Shown here piece after piece: positions 28,142 to 36,045 of a stretch of 64,000 nt of DNA. Source of the DNA: Patescibacteria group bacterium (GTDB lineage: Bacteria > Patescibacteriota > Patescibacteriia > UBA10025 > JAHIVO01). The stretch lies in the NCBI GenBank assembly GCA_028718605.1, contig JAQULM010000001.1, positions 263,422 through 327,421 of the forward strand, read 5' to 3'. Within the stretch, counting starts at the first letter, position 1. Each line of letters opens with the position of its first letter. The notes beneath the pieces are model-generated. The model was not told the origin of the DNA, made no database searches, and was given only the letters and a program-made list of their open reading frames with translations. The position numbers were made by a program, and so were the translations under genes.

Positions 28142-28600
28142 GTAACTTTCACCCCCTTTCGTGTTTGAATATAAGATAATAATTCAATCTTCGGACAAAC
28201 AAACTTCAATCCATACTATCACGTTTACCCTGTGTTGTCAATAGCTCCCTGCTTAAATCGCTTAGGTAAGGATTTTAAAACTTCTTGCGCGTATAAAAAT
28301 AGAAAAAACCACCAAAAACAAGGAGAAGTATAAGTACGAAAATCGCTCCGCCGCCTAATTCCATAGAAAAATTCTATTATTATGTTTAATTAAGGCATAA
28401 TAACGGAAAATAATGCCTTTTCGACTGCATTATATCAAATTCTTCTTAATTTGGCAAATAGCCACCTCTCGTACCCTTGACTTTGAATTGACTGTACGTA
28501 CACATCGGTAGTAGGGTAAATATAGAGATATTAATAAGACTTTATCGAATAGAAACCGCAAAAATCGTTCAAAAAGCCCTACCGATCGGAGGTGATTCAG

Positions 28601-28834
28601 ATGAGTACGGACGATTTTAGACAGGACGATGGCGTTGGTGGCGGCTGGCCAGCAAGTGAGAACAGGGAGGTATTCCCTCCAGGGCATCCGGCCCTAAAAG
28701 AACTGCCTGTTCCTGCATCAGAAGTAACTTCGAGCCAGCGAATTGCTGAGTCCGATAGATGGCCCCGTAGAGGCTATGTCAAGGATTCCGAGACCACGCT
28801 GCCGCCATGCGAAAACCTTTGTCCTGGCTGCTAA
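28601..28834 (+). CDS. Orphan small protein (77 aa), Gly/Trp-rich N-terminus and C-terminal CxxxCxxC
   Basis: MSTDDFRQDDGVGGGWPASENREVFPPGHPALKELPVPASEVTSSQRIAESDRWPRRGYVKDSETTLPPCENLCPGC. GGAGGTGA Shine-Dalgarno 6 nt upstream. A perfect 10-bp terminator hairpin follows. Confidence 0.5.
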   Translation: MSTDDFRQDDGVGGGWPASENREVFPPGHPALKELPVPASEVTSSQRIAESDRWPRRGYVKDSETTLPPCENLCPGC

Positions 28835-28863
28835 TCACACGTAGTGATAAACAGCTAAAAGTT

Positions 28864-28898
28864 AACTGCTCTCCCTCGAGAGCAGTTTCCTTATTATT
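28864..28898 (+). terminator. Rho-independent terminator after the small Cys-rich ORF
   Basis: AACTGCTCTC-CCTC-GAGAGCAGTT perfect stem followed by a T-rich tail. Confidence 0.65.
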
Positions 28899-28918
28899 CA
28901 AATAGTACCACACTAGAG

Positions 28919-28941
28919 TAAAAACACCTTTCTGATAAAAG
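28919..28941 (-). terminator. Terminator-like hairpin downstream of the duplicated tRNA 3' fragment
   Basis: On the minus strand, CCTTT-ATCAGA-AAAGG followed by TTTTT. Confidence 0.35.
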
Positions 28942-28971
28942 GCGTCTTTACTATGAGCCGTGCAGGGATCG
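28941..28971 (-). repeat. Direct repeat copy A: duplicated 3' end of tRNA-Lys plus 13-nt flank (att-like core). A degenerate tRNA-like fragment extends to about 29000.
   Basis: GGCGTCTTTACTATGAGCCGTGCAGGGATCG is 30/31 identical to 29110..29140. Confidence 0.7.
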
Positions 28972-29085
28972 GGTCCTGGGCAGCGCCGAATGCTGCGCCA
29001 GCTCGCATTCGTCGGCGCTTACCTGAAATAAATTCAGGGTTCGCTGCTGCCCTTCGATCCCTACGGAAAAACTTGCTTTTCAGTA

Positions 29086-29113
29086 AGTAAAAACGCCTTG
29101 CTCGCGAAAGGCG
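29086..29113 (-). terminator. Rho-independent terminator immediately 3' of tRNA-Lys
   Basis: On the minus strand, ACGCCTT-TCGCGAGC-AAGGCGT then TTTTT. Confidence 0.6.
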
Positions 29114-29140
29114 TCCTTACTATGAGCCGTGCAGGGATCG
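29110..29140 (-). repeat. Direct repeat copy B (the genuine tRNA-Lys 3' end plus flank)
   Basis: See copy A. Confidence 0.7.
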
Positions 29141-29195
29141 AACCTGCGACACCCTGCTTAAAAGGCAGGTGCTCTACCAACTGAGCTAACGGCCC
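29123..29195 (-). tRNA. tRNA-Lys (anticodon UUU), no CCA encoded
   Basis: GGGCCGTTAGCTCAGTTGGTAGAGCACCTGCCTTTTAAGCAGGGTGTCGCAGGTTCGATCCCTGCACGGCTCA. Canonical cloverleaf, anticodon loop CUUUUAA. Confidence 0.9.
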
Positions 29196-29204
29196 GTACC
29201 TGCA

Positions 29205-29232
29205 ATACTAGCAAAAACATATTCCCTGTCAA
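29205..29232 (-). promoter_or_regulatory. Sigma70-like promoter for tRNA-Lys
   Basis: On the minus strand, TTGACA-16 nt-TAGTAT, with the -10 ending 9 nt before tRNA position 1. Confidence 0.5.
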
Positions 29233-29248
29233 CCTGGCAAATATCACA

Positions 29249-29277
29249 TTGACGTATTGCTACTACTTTGCTAAGGT
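29249..29277 (+). promoter_or_regulatory. Possible divergent promoter for the 29350 gene
   Basis: TTGACG-17 nt-TAAGGT. Weak -10. Confidence 0.3.
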
Positions 29278-29349
29278 AAGCGAACGGCTTTTTTGTTACG
29301 AAACAGCAAATTAACACTAAAACAATATAGTATCAGTCGGAGGTTTGAA

Positions 29350-30351
29350 ATGAACAGATTGATGATCGTACTCGGATGCATGTTCGCCCTGTACCTACTC
29401 GCTCCGAGCGGATTACTGGCCCAAGCGCCTGCAAGCGCTTCAAAAAGTGACAGCGCCCAGACCGCACCAAAATGGGAACTCAAATACTATGGAGGCTACT
29501 TCCAGTTCCGTTTTGAGCAACCAAAAATGGAGCAGAATGTTAACAACCGCGAAGGTTTCTTCGCAGCTCGCCTGAGGCCATCGGTGGCGATCAAGCGCGG
29601 CCAGTCGCTTACGTTTCTTGCCGAAGCTCAGGTTGGAGACCCGACTATTTCCCTGCAGGCGTATGCGGATATACGCCTTCTGTATCGGCGTATTGATTCC
29701 TCAACAGTCAGGAGCCTGACTATCAGGGTTGGGCAGTTCCCCAGTGAAATCGCCTTGATGACGGGAGGTCCGCGTTTAAAGCCGTGGGTTAATTTTGGGC
29801 TCATGGAGTTTTATACCCCGGTTCAGTACGTTTTCGGCATGCAAACCATGGCAACATGGGGCCGATACAGTTTTTCCGCCGCTGTGATTGATGGCAGTGC
29901 CATGAACAAAGCCGACAACAACGAAGCCAAGGATATCATCTGTGCCGCCCGGGTGAAACTCTCCAGCTTCCTCAACTTCCGGAGCGCGTATCAGACCGGT
30001 TACCAGCCCAATGGCTGGAGGAGTGCCGGATTTATAGGCTTTGAATGTACCATGGACAAGCTGGGATTGAGCGGCGTGCTCGCACTGCATAACCAATTCG
30101 GAATCACCGAGCGCGGCTGGGAGACTTCGGCGATATACGATGCAACAAAACATTTCCACTTGGTCGGGAGAGCTGTGCAACGGACCCAACATGCCCAAGC
30201 CGTGCTCGAGAACAATCTCGCAGCCCAGCACTCAATCGAATGGACCACGGGCATCGAAGCGCTGTCTGGGCCTCTCAAGTTCCAGGTAAACGGCGTCTTC
30301 CAGGGCACCAAGGCCGGACTCGCAGCCGAAATGCAGGTATCGGTGCCGTAA
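29350..30351 (+). CDS. Secreted beta-strand-rich protein, porin-like; family not recognised
   Basis: Start at ATG 29350 (MNRLMIVLGCMFALYLLAPSGLLAQA signal peptide) with a GGAGG Shine-Dalgarno. Alternating hydrophobic pattern typical of beta-barrels. The track ORF begins at TTG 29293. Confidence 0.5.
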   Translation: MNRLMIVLGCMFALYLLAPSGLLAQAPASASKSDSAQTAPKWELKYYGGYFQFRFEQPKMEQNVNNREGFFAARLRPSVAIKRGQSLTFLAEAQVGDPTISLQAYADIRLLYRRIDSSTVRSLTIRVGQFPSEIALMTGGPRLKPWVNFGLMEFYTPVQYVFGMQTMATWGRYSFSAAVIDGSAMNKADNNEAKDIICAARVKLSSFLNFRSAYQTGYQPNGWRSAGFIGFECTMDKLGLSGVLALHNQFGITERGWETSAIYDATKHFHLVGRAVQRTQHAQAVLENNLAAQHSIEWTTGIEALSGPLKFQVNGVFQGTKAGLAAEMQVSVP

Positions 30352-30382
30352 GCACCACTACCACACACAATGAAGTGAAAGA

Positions 30383-30413
30383 GCCCCCGTGCATGATTGC
30401 GGGGGCTTTTATT
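30383..30413 (+). terminator. Rho-independent terminator after the porin-like gene
   Basis: GCCCCCG-TGCATGATTG-CGGGGGC followed by TTTTATT. Confidence 0.6.
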
Positions 30414-30461
30414 ATGACAGTACTTTGCACGAGTAGTGGACAAAATGTGCATATGCGTTAC

Positions 30462-30490
30462 TTGATTTAAACAACCTCCGACTGTACAAT
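30462..30490 (+). promoter_or_regulatory. Sigma70-like promoter upstream of dnaB
   Basis: TTGATT-17 nt-TACAAT, 22 nt before the dnaB ATG. Confidence 0.45.
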
Positions 30491-30511
30491 GGTGGCACAG
30501 AGAAATTACAT

Positions 30512-31873
30512 ATGGCCAAGGAAAACATCACCAAACTCCCCCCTCAAAACTTGGAGGCTGAGCAGTCTGTGCTCGGCTCTCTTTTGATAGACAAGGACGC
30601 GATCACCAAGATTGCCGATATCCTCAGACCTGATGACTTTTACAAAGATATCCACGGCATGATCTTTGAGGCGATGCTCGACCTGTATGAACAACGCGAC
30701 CCGATCGACGTCGTATCGCTTTCGAACATGCTGAAGGGTAAAAGCCAGCTCGATACCATCGGCGGCAGGAGCTACCTTGCGAGTCTGGCAAACGCCGTGC
30801 CGTCTTCGTCCCATATCGTCAGCTACGCCCAAATCGTCCAGAAAAAGGCGACTCTGAGAAGAATGCTCGAAGTCGCATCCGAAATCACTGAACTCGGATA
30901 CCAGGAGAACGACAATATTAATGAGCTCCTTGATAAAGCGGAACAGCGGCTCTTCGGGGTATCGCAGAAGTACCTGAAACAAAATTTTATTCCGATAAAA
31001 TCAATCCTGACGGAGGCGTTTGACCGGATTGATGAATTGCACAAAGAGTCCGGCAAACTCCGCGGCATACCGACTGGCTTCCCCGATCTGGATAATATCC
31101 TGGCTGGATTGCAGAAGTCAGACCTCGTTATTCTCGCGGCGCGGCCGTCGGTCGGGAAAACATCTCTCGCGCTCGATATAGCCCGGAATGTAGCCACTAA
31201 AAGTAAAATCCCAGTCGGTATCTTCAGCCTTGAAATGTCCAAGGAACAGCTCGTCGACCGGCTCCTGTGCTCACAGGCAAACGTTGAGCTCTGGAAGATG
31301 CGTACCGGCAAGCTCTCGGAGGATACGGACTTCGCGAATATCGGACATGCCATGGGAGAATTATCAGAAGCGCCGATTTACATCGACGATTCCGCGACGT
31401 CAAATATCATGGAAATCCGGACCAAAGCGCGCCGCCTCCAATCTGAACATAACCTTGGCCTTATCATACTTGATTACTTGCAGCTCATGCAGGGAGAAAG
31501 CTCCTCCGACAATCGTGTCCAGGAAATCAGCCAGATTACGCGGTCGCTGAAAGGCATCGCACGCGAATTGGACGTGCCATTGCTGACGATCTCCCAGCTA
31601 TCTCGCGCCGTGGAATCACGCACGCCTCCAATCCCAAAACTCTCCGATTTGAGAGAGTCTGGCTCCATCGAGCAGGACGCAGACGTCGTTCTGTTCCTCT
31701 ACCGTGAAGGCCTGTATAAGAGAGATTTGGACCCTGAGAATAAAAATATCACCGAAGTGCACATTGCCAAGCATCGCAATGGGCCGACAGGCGTTGTACA
31801 GCTGTATTTCGATGAAAATAAAGTAAGCTTCAGGACACTCGAACGGAAAGTTGACGCAGGAGCGGCATTTTAA
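30512..31873 (+). CDS. dnaB: Replicative DNA helicase
   Basis: DnaB N-domain plus RecA-like core (ILAARPSVGKTSLALD Walker A; ILDYLQLM; arginine finger region). 453 aa. Confidence 0.95.
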   Translation: MAKENITKLPPQNLEAEQSVLGSLLIDKDAITKIADILRPDDFYKDIHGMIFEAMLDLYEQRDPIDVVSLSNMLKGKSQLDTIGGRSYLASLANAVPSSSHIVSYAQIVQKKATLRRMLEVASEITELGYQENDNINELLDKAEQRLFGVSQKYLKQNFIPIKSILTEAFDRIDELHKESGKLRGIPTGFPDLDNILAGLQKSDLVILAARPSVGKTSLALDIARNVATKSKIPVGIFSLEMSKEQLVDRLLCSQANVELWKMRTGKLSEDTDFANIGHAMGELSEAPIYIDDSATSNIMEIRTKARRLQSEHNLGLIILDYLQLMQGESSSDNRVQEISQITRSLKGIARELDVPLLTISQLSRAVESRTPPIPKLSDLRESGSIEQDADVVLFLYREGLYKRDLDPENKNITEVHIAKHRNGPTGVVQLYFDENKVSFRTLERKVDAGAAF

Positions 31874-31890
31874 TACGAATAATTAACCCC

Positions 31891-32187
31891 ATGTTTGAGA
31901 AAATAAAACAGCTGAAAGACCTCCGCGAACGTGCGCAGCAAATGAAAACGATGCTGGCGCAGGAAAAAGTTCAGGGAGAGGGCGGCAGCGGTAAAGTCCG
32001 GATAGCAATGGACGGCAACCAAGAAGTACTCGCCGTAGAAATCAGCCCGGAATTACTGAACCCGAGCGAGAAGGAAACAGTTGAAAAATACATAAAAGAA
32101 GCGGTAAACGATGCCCTCAATAAAGTCAGGCGGGTAATGGCGGAAAAAATGCAAAGTACTGGAGGTCTCGGCATGTTTGGAATGTAG
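31891..32187 (+). CDS. ybaB: Nucleoid-associated protein YbaB/EbfC
   Basis: 98 aa with the YbaB pattern (QAQQMQ ... GGGxVxVxxxGxxEVLxVEI ... LGMFGM). Confidence 0.85.
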   Translation: MFEKIKQLKDLRERAQQMKTMLAQEKVQGEGGSGKVRIAMDGNQEVLAVEISPELLNPSEKETVEKYIKEAVNDALNKVRRVMAEKMQSTGGLGMFGM

Positions 32188-32197
32188 CCCTATCACT

Positions 32198-32803
32198 ATG
32201 GCCCACTATCCCGACGCTATCAAAGCATGCATCGCATACTTCAACCGGCTGCCCGGCATTGGCCCGAAATCGGCGGAGCGGATTGTTTTTTATTTGCTCA
32301 AGCAGAACCCCGGCTTCATTGCGGAATTCACTGGCACGATCGGGAGCCTCAAGAAACACATTACCGTTTGCGACAGTTGTTTCAATATCGGCGCTACGAA
32401 CCCGTGCGAAATTTGCGCCGACAAAAAACGAGACCAGCGAACGCTCTGCGTCGTGGCTGATCCGCAAGATATCAGCATCCTGGAGAAAACCGGTGAGTAC
32501 CGCGGCTTGTACCACGTCCTGGGCGGCGTCCTCAATCCGGTTGAAGGGATCACCCCGGACCACATCCGCATCCAGGAACTATTCGCGAGGATAAAGAAAC
32601 ACACACCCCGCATCACTGAGGTTATTATCGCAACGAATCCCGATCTTGAGGGCGAATCAACAGCCCTATACCTGGGAAGGAAACTGAAAGCCGCAGGCGT
32701 CCGCGCTACCCGGCTGGCGAAAGGCCTCCCGATGGGCGCAACGATCGAATACGCAGATGAAATTACAATAACGAGCGCCCTCAAAGGCCGCCAGGATATT
32801 TAA
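32198..32803 (+). CDS. recR: Recombination protein RecR
   Basis: LPGIGPKSAERIVFYLL HhH, CDSCFNIGATNPCEIC zinc finger, and Toprim domain. ATG at 32198; an alternative TTG at 32177 overlaps the ybaB stop. Confidence 0.9.
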   Translation: MAHYPDAIKACIAYFNRLPGIGPKSAERIVFYLLKQNPGFIAEFTGTIGSLKKHITVCDSCFNIGATNPCEICADKKRDQRTLCVVADPQDISILEKTGEYRGLYHVLGGVLNPVEGITPDHIRIQELFARIKKHTPRITEVIIATNPDLEGESTALYLGRKLKAAGVRATRLAKGLPMGATIEYADEITITSALKGRQDI

Positions 32804-32838
32804 CCGCAGCTCTTCTCCTTCTTCCGAACTCCACCACG

Positions 32839-33159
32839 TCAGGCTGCAATGCCGACTGATGCGATTTTTACGCGCGTAAAATGCTGCCGGTGCCCACGGG
32901 TAATATGGTACCGAGTTTTTGCTTTATACTTCACGACCATGACTTTATCCGCCTTGCCATGCTCCTCGATTTTCCCCGTGACACGAACTTTCGGGACCGT
33001 TGGCTTTCCGACGATGGTTTTCGCGCCATCACTGTACATCAAAACGTCCTTGAAAGTTACCGTTGACCCGACCGTTCCCGCGATTGTTTCAAATCGTATC
33101 GATTTTCCCTCATGAACGCGATACTGCTTGCCTCCCTGGCTGATGATTGCAAATTTCAT
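32839..33159 (-). CDS. rplU: 50S ribosomal protein L21
   Basis: MKFAIISQGGKQYRVHEGKSIRFE ... aligns to bL21 (MYAVFQSGGKQHRV ...). Internal ATG 33159 chosen; the track ORF extends to 33237. Confidence 0.8.
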   Translation of the reverse strand: MKFAIISQGGKQYRVHEGKSIRFETIAGTVGSTVTFKDVLMYSDGAKTIVGKPTVPKVRVTGKIEEHGKADKVMVVKYKAKTRYHITRGHRQHFTRVKIASVGIAA

Positions 33160-33226
33160 ATGGTACAAAAATAAAACGTGTAATACCGTATAACAACGCT
33201 CGGTGTGAAGTCTATCATACCGCGTC

Positions 33227-33703
33227 CTACTTGTCAAAAACGATATTCACCAGATCGCCGACCTGAAATCCTCGCGTTTCAGCAGTGCGCGCGCGAATCT
33301 CCAACACATACTGCGATGGGACCGCAGCACTCACCCGTTCCTGTCCTGGCTGCGCTTCCTCCGTAATCGCAGCAATGGCTCCATTGTTTATCCAGATCAT
33401 ATCGAGCGGGATCTGCATCCCCTGCATGGTAAACGTACGCACCTCCGGCTTATCAAAAACGAAGAGCATCCCGCGGTCAGCCGCCAGGCTATCACGGCCT
33501 TTGAGGCCTTTTGTCAGCGCGTGGGCTGTCTTTGCAACCTCAGCCTGGAAAACAGAGTTCCCGATAGTGACCTGCGCAGTTTCATTCACTATCTTCTTCA
33601 GGTAGAATGGAATATCATTCTTGACCGAGGATCCTCCGGCAGCCCAAAATATGATGCCGACGATAATAGCTATTACGATGAGTACCCAGATCGGCTTGCC
33701 CAT
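33227..33703 (-). CDS. DUF192 domain protein (COG1430-like), membrane-anchored
   Basis: N-TM then LADRGMLFVFDKPEVRTFTMQGMQIPLDMIWIN ... pattern characteristic of DUF192. Confidence 0.6.
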   Translation of the reverse strand: MGKPIWVLIVIAIIVGIIFWAAGGSSVKNDIPFYLKKIVNETAQVTIGNSVFQAEVAKTAHALTKGLKGRDSLAADRGMLFVFDKPEVRTFTMQGMQIPLDMIWINNGAIAAITEEAQPGQERVSAAVPSQYVLEIRARTAETRGFQVGDLVNIVFDK

Positions 33704-33719
33704 AGTTGTATAAAATTAA

Positions 33720-34865
33720 TCATTGCTTGATCGTAGCATTATCCGGCGACGCTTGACGGATACGGCGCCGGTACACCAATACAATTATGCTCGCGAGGAC
33801 TACCATGCCGCCGCCGACTGCGATGAGCGCGAACATTTTTTCACTGCCCTCGAGGACCAACGCAAGACTTCCGCACAAAATGCTGACACCGTACAGAAAC
33901 AGGACGGCCTTCCGGTGCGTGAAACCGATATCGAGCAGCCGGAAATGGAGGTGTTTCCGGTCGGCAGTCGAGAAAGGCGACTTCTTTTCAAAAAACAGCC
34001 GCCTTCCGATGACCCATGCGACATCCAGGATGGGAATGCCCATGATGAGGAGCGCAGTAGCTATTTTCGCGCCGGAAATGATCGCCAAAACGCCGAGCAT
34101 ATACCCCGTAAATAGGCTCCCTCCCTCACCCAGAAATATTCGGGCGGGATGGAAATTAAAAAACAGGAAACCGAAACACGCGCCGGCAAGTATCACTGCG
34201 AGGAGCGCAGTTTCAGGCTGTGCGACCTCCTGGTGGATGCTCAGAAAAAACAAGACGATGGACCCAATCGTGGTAATCCCAGTAACCAATCCGTCGAGGC
34301 CGTCCAGGAACTTTGTCGTGTACATCATCCCCATGAGCCAGATGATGGCGAATAGGTCCGCGAATAAAATGAAAAAATACGGTACGCCCCCGATCGTCAA
34401 CACATGAATCCTGATTGCGTCGAGATTAATCGTGCCTCCGAGGGGATTGGTGATATAGGTAATGCCGATTCCCGCTCCGATGGTGATAAGTGTCGCGAGC
34501 AGGGGCCAGAGTATCTGTCTCGACGGTTTCAAACCTTTACGATCGTCCAGGAAACCGCCCAGCATCAGCACCAGTCCCGCAACGCCGATTCCGATTAAAT
34601 ATTTTAGCTGCATATAACCGCCAAGAAGCCGGTCAGAAAAGAGCGCATACCCCAGTGTCACCAGCGCCATGGAAAAAAATATCGCGAGCCCTCCGAGCAG
34701 GGGCACTGGCTGTTTCTGTATTTTGCGCTCCGGCGAGTCGCCAGGGCGGTCGACAATCTGCCACCGTAAGGCCAATTTGCGGATTACATACGTCAGGACA
34801 GCTGCGACAATGGCAGTTGCAATAAACGGTATAATATAGTATTTAACGCTGAGGTAGTTCCCCAT
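33720..34865 (-). CDS. Glycosyltransferase family 4 polyprenyl-phosphate sugar-1-phosphate transferase (WecA/TagO/MraY superfamily)
   Basis: IVDRPGDSPERKIQKQPVPLLGGLAIF motif typical of WecA-type GT4 enzymes. 10-11 TMs. Confidence 0.75.
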   Translation of the reverse strand: MGNYLSVKYYIIPFIATAIVAAVLTYVIRKLALRWQIVDRPGDSPERKIQKQPVPLLGGLAIFFSMALVTLGYALFSDRLLGGYMQLKYLIGIGVAGLVLMLGGFLDDRKGLKPSRQILWPLLATLITIGAGIGITYITNPLGGTINLDAIRIHVLTIGGVPYFFILFADLFAIIWLMGMMYTTKFLDGLDGLVTGITTIGSIVLFFLSIHQEVAQPETALLAVILAGACFGFLFFNFHPARIFLGEGGSLFTGYMLGVLAIISGAKIATALLIMGIPILDVAWVIGRRLFFEKKSPFSTADRKHLHFRLLDIGFTHRKAVLFLYGVSILCGSLALVLEGSEKMFALIAVGGGMVVLASIIVLVYRRRIRQASPDNATIKQ

Positions 34866-35274
34866 ATTTCCTATCCAGATATGATTGTAAAATTATCTGC
34901 GCTGCCTGCTGATCGATTCTGCCCCGCATTCCCCGGTCATGTTGTCCGCCTTCCCTCATCGCCCGAGAAGCAAGGGTGCTGGTACATCGCTCATCTTCAT
35001 ACTCAATAGGCAGTGAAAAGTGTCGCTTGATCTCTGCGGCGAATGCACGAACTTTTTTTACAGCAGCTCCTTCCGAGCCATCCCGCTCAAGGGGGAATCC
35101 GATGACAAACCGCTCAATGCCGTCTTCTTGGCAAATTTTTCGTATCCGATTAATAAGTTCGGGCAATGTCGAATACGATATGGTTTCGCGCGCCAATGCC
35201 ATCCCGCTGCCTTCTATAGAAACAGCGAGCCCAACTCTGCGCTCTCCAAAATCAATCCCCAGAATCTTTACCAT
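34843..35274 (-). CDS. ruvX: Holliday-junction resolvase-like YqgF/RuvX
   Basis: ILGIDFGERRVGLAVS N-terminus. 143 aa. Confidence 0.8.
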   Translation of the reverse strand: MVKILGIDFGERRVGLAVSIEGSGMALARETISYSTLPELINRIRKICQEDGIERFVIGFPLERDGSEGAAVKKVRAFAAEIKRHFSLPIEYEDERCTSTLASRAMREGGQHDRGMRGRIDQQAAQIILQSYLDRKYGELPQR

Positions 35275-35286
35275 AGAACATTTAAA

Positions 35287-36042
35287 TCAGCGGGCTGATG
35301 TTCGTGTCAGTATTTCGCATCCATCAACGGTTACAACGACCGTATGTTCAAAGTGGGCTGCCAACGAGCCATCAGCAGTAACAATTGTCCAATCATCTCC
35401 CTCAGTGAGCACCTCAGGCCCGCCCATCGTAACCATCGGCTCAATCGCAAGTACCGCGCCTGGCTCGAGCACCGGCCCTTCTCCTGCACGCCCGAAATTC
35501 GGAATACGCGGCTCCTCGTGCACCTCGTACCCGACTCCGTGCCCCACCAAACTCCGTACAACCCCATACCCCTGCTTCTCAACGTATGCCTGAACTGCGG
35601 AGCCGATATCACCAATTGTATTGCCCGGCCGAACTTGTTTGATCGCGATATCGAGCGCGGTGCGCGTCGCAGTAATCAGACGCTGAGTGCGGCGACTAAC
35701 TGCTCCGACCGGAATGGTAACGGCCATGTCTGTATACAGACCGCGATAATTCAAACCAATATCAATCCCGACAATATCCCCCTCATGCATTACAACTTCA
35801 TCGCGTGGGATTCCATGGACAACGGTTTCATTTACTGAAATGCATGTCGTTGCCGGATACCCATGAAATCCCTTGAAGGACGGTTTGCCGCCCGCTGCCA
35901 CAATCATCTGCTCTGCGGCTGTATCAAGCAGCAGTGCCGTGACGCCCGGCTTTACTTTCCCGGCTACAAACTGAACAACTTCAGCTAAAATCCTCCCCCC
36001 CTCCCGGAGTATTGCGATATCGCGAGACGTTTTCAACCTCAT
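35287..36042 (-). CDS. map: Methionine aminopeptidase type I
   Basis: 251 aa with the pita-bread fold motif pattern (GDIVGIDIG; HGVGYEVHE). Confidence 0.9.
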   Translation of the reverse strand: MRLKTSRDIAILREGGRILAEVVQFVAGKVKPGVTALLLDTAAEQMIVAAGGKPSFKGFHGYPATTCISVNETVVHGIPRDEVVMHEGDIVGIDIGLNYRGLYTDMAVTIPVGAVSRRTQRLITATRTALDIAIKQVRPGNTIGDIGSAVQAYVEKQGYGVVRSLVGHGVGYEVHEEPRIPNFGRAGEGPVLEPGAVLAIEPMVTMGGPEVLTEGDDWTIVTADGSLAAHFEHTVVVTVDGCEILTRTSAR

Positions 36043-36045
36043 ACT

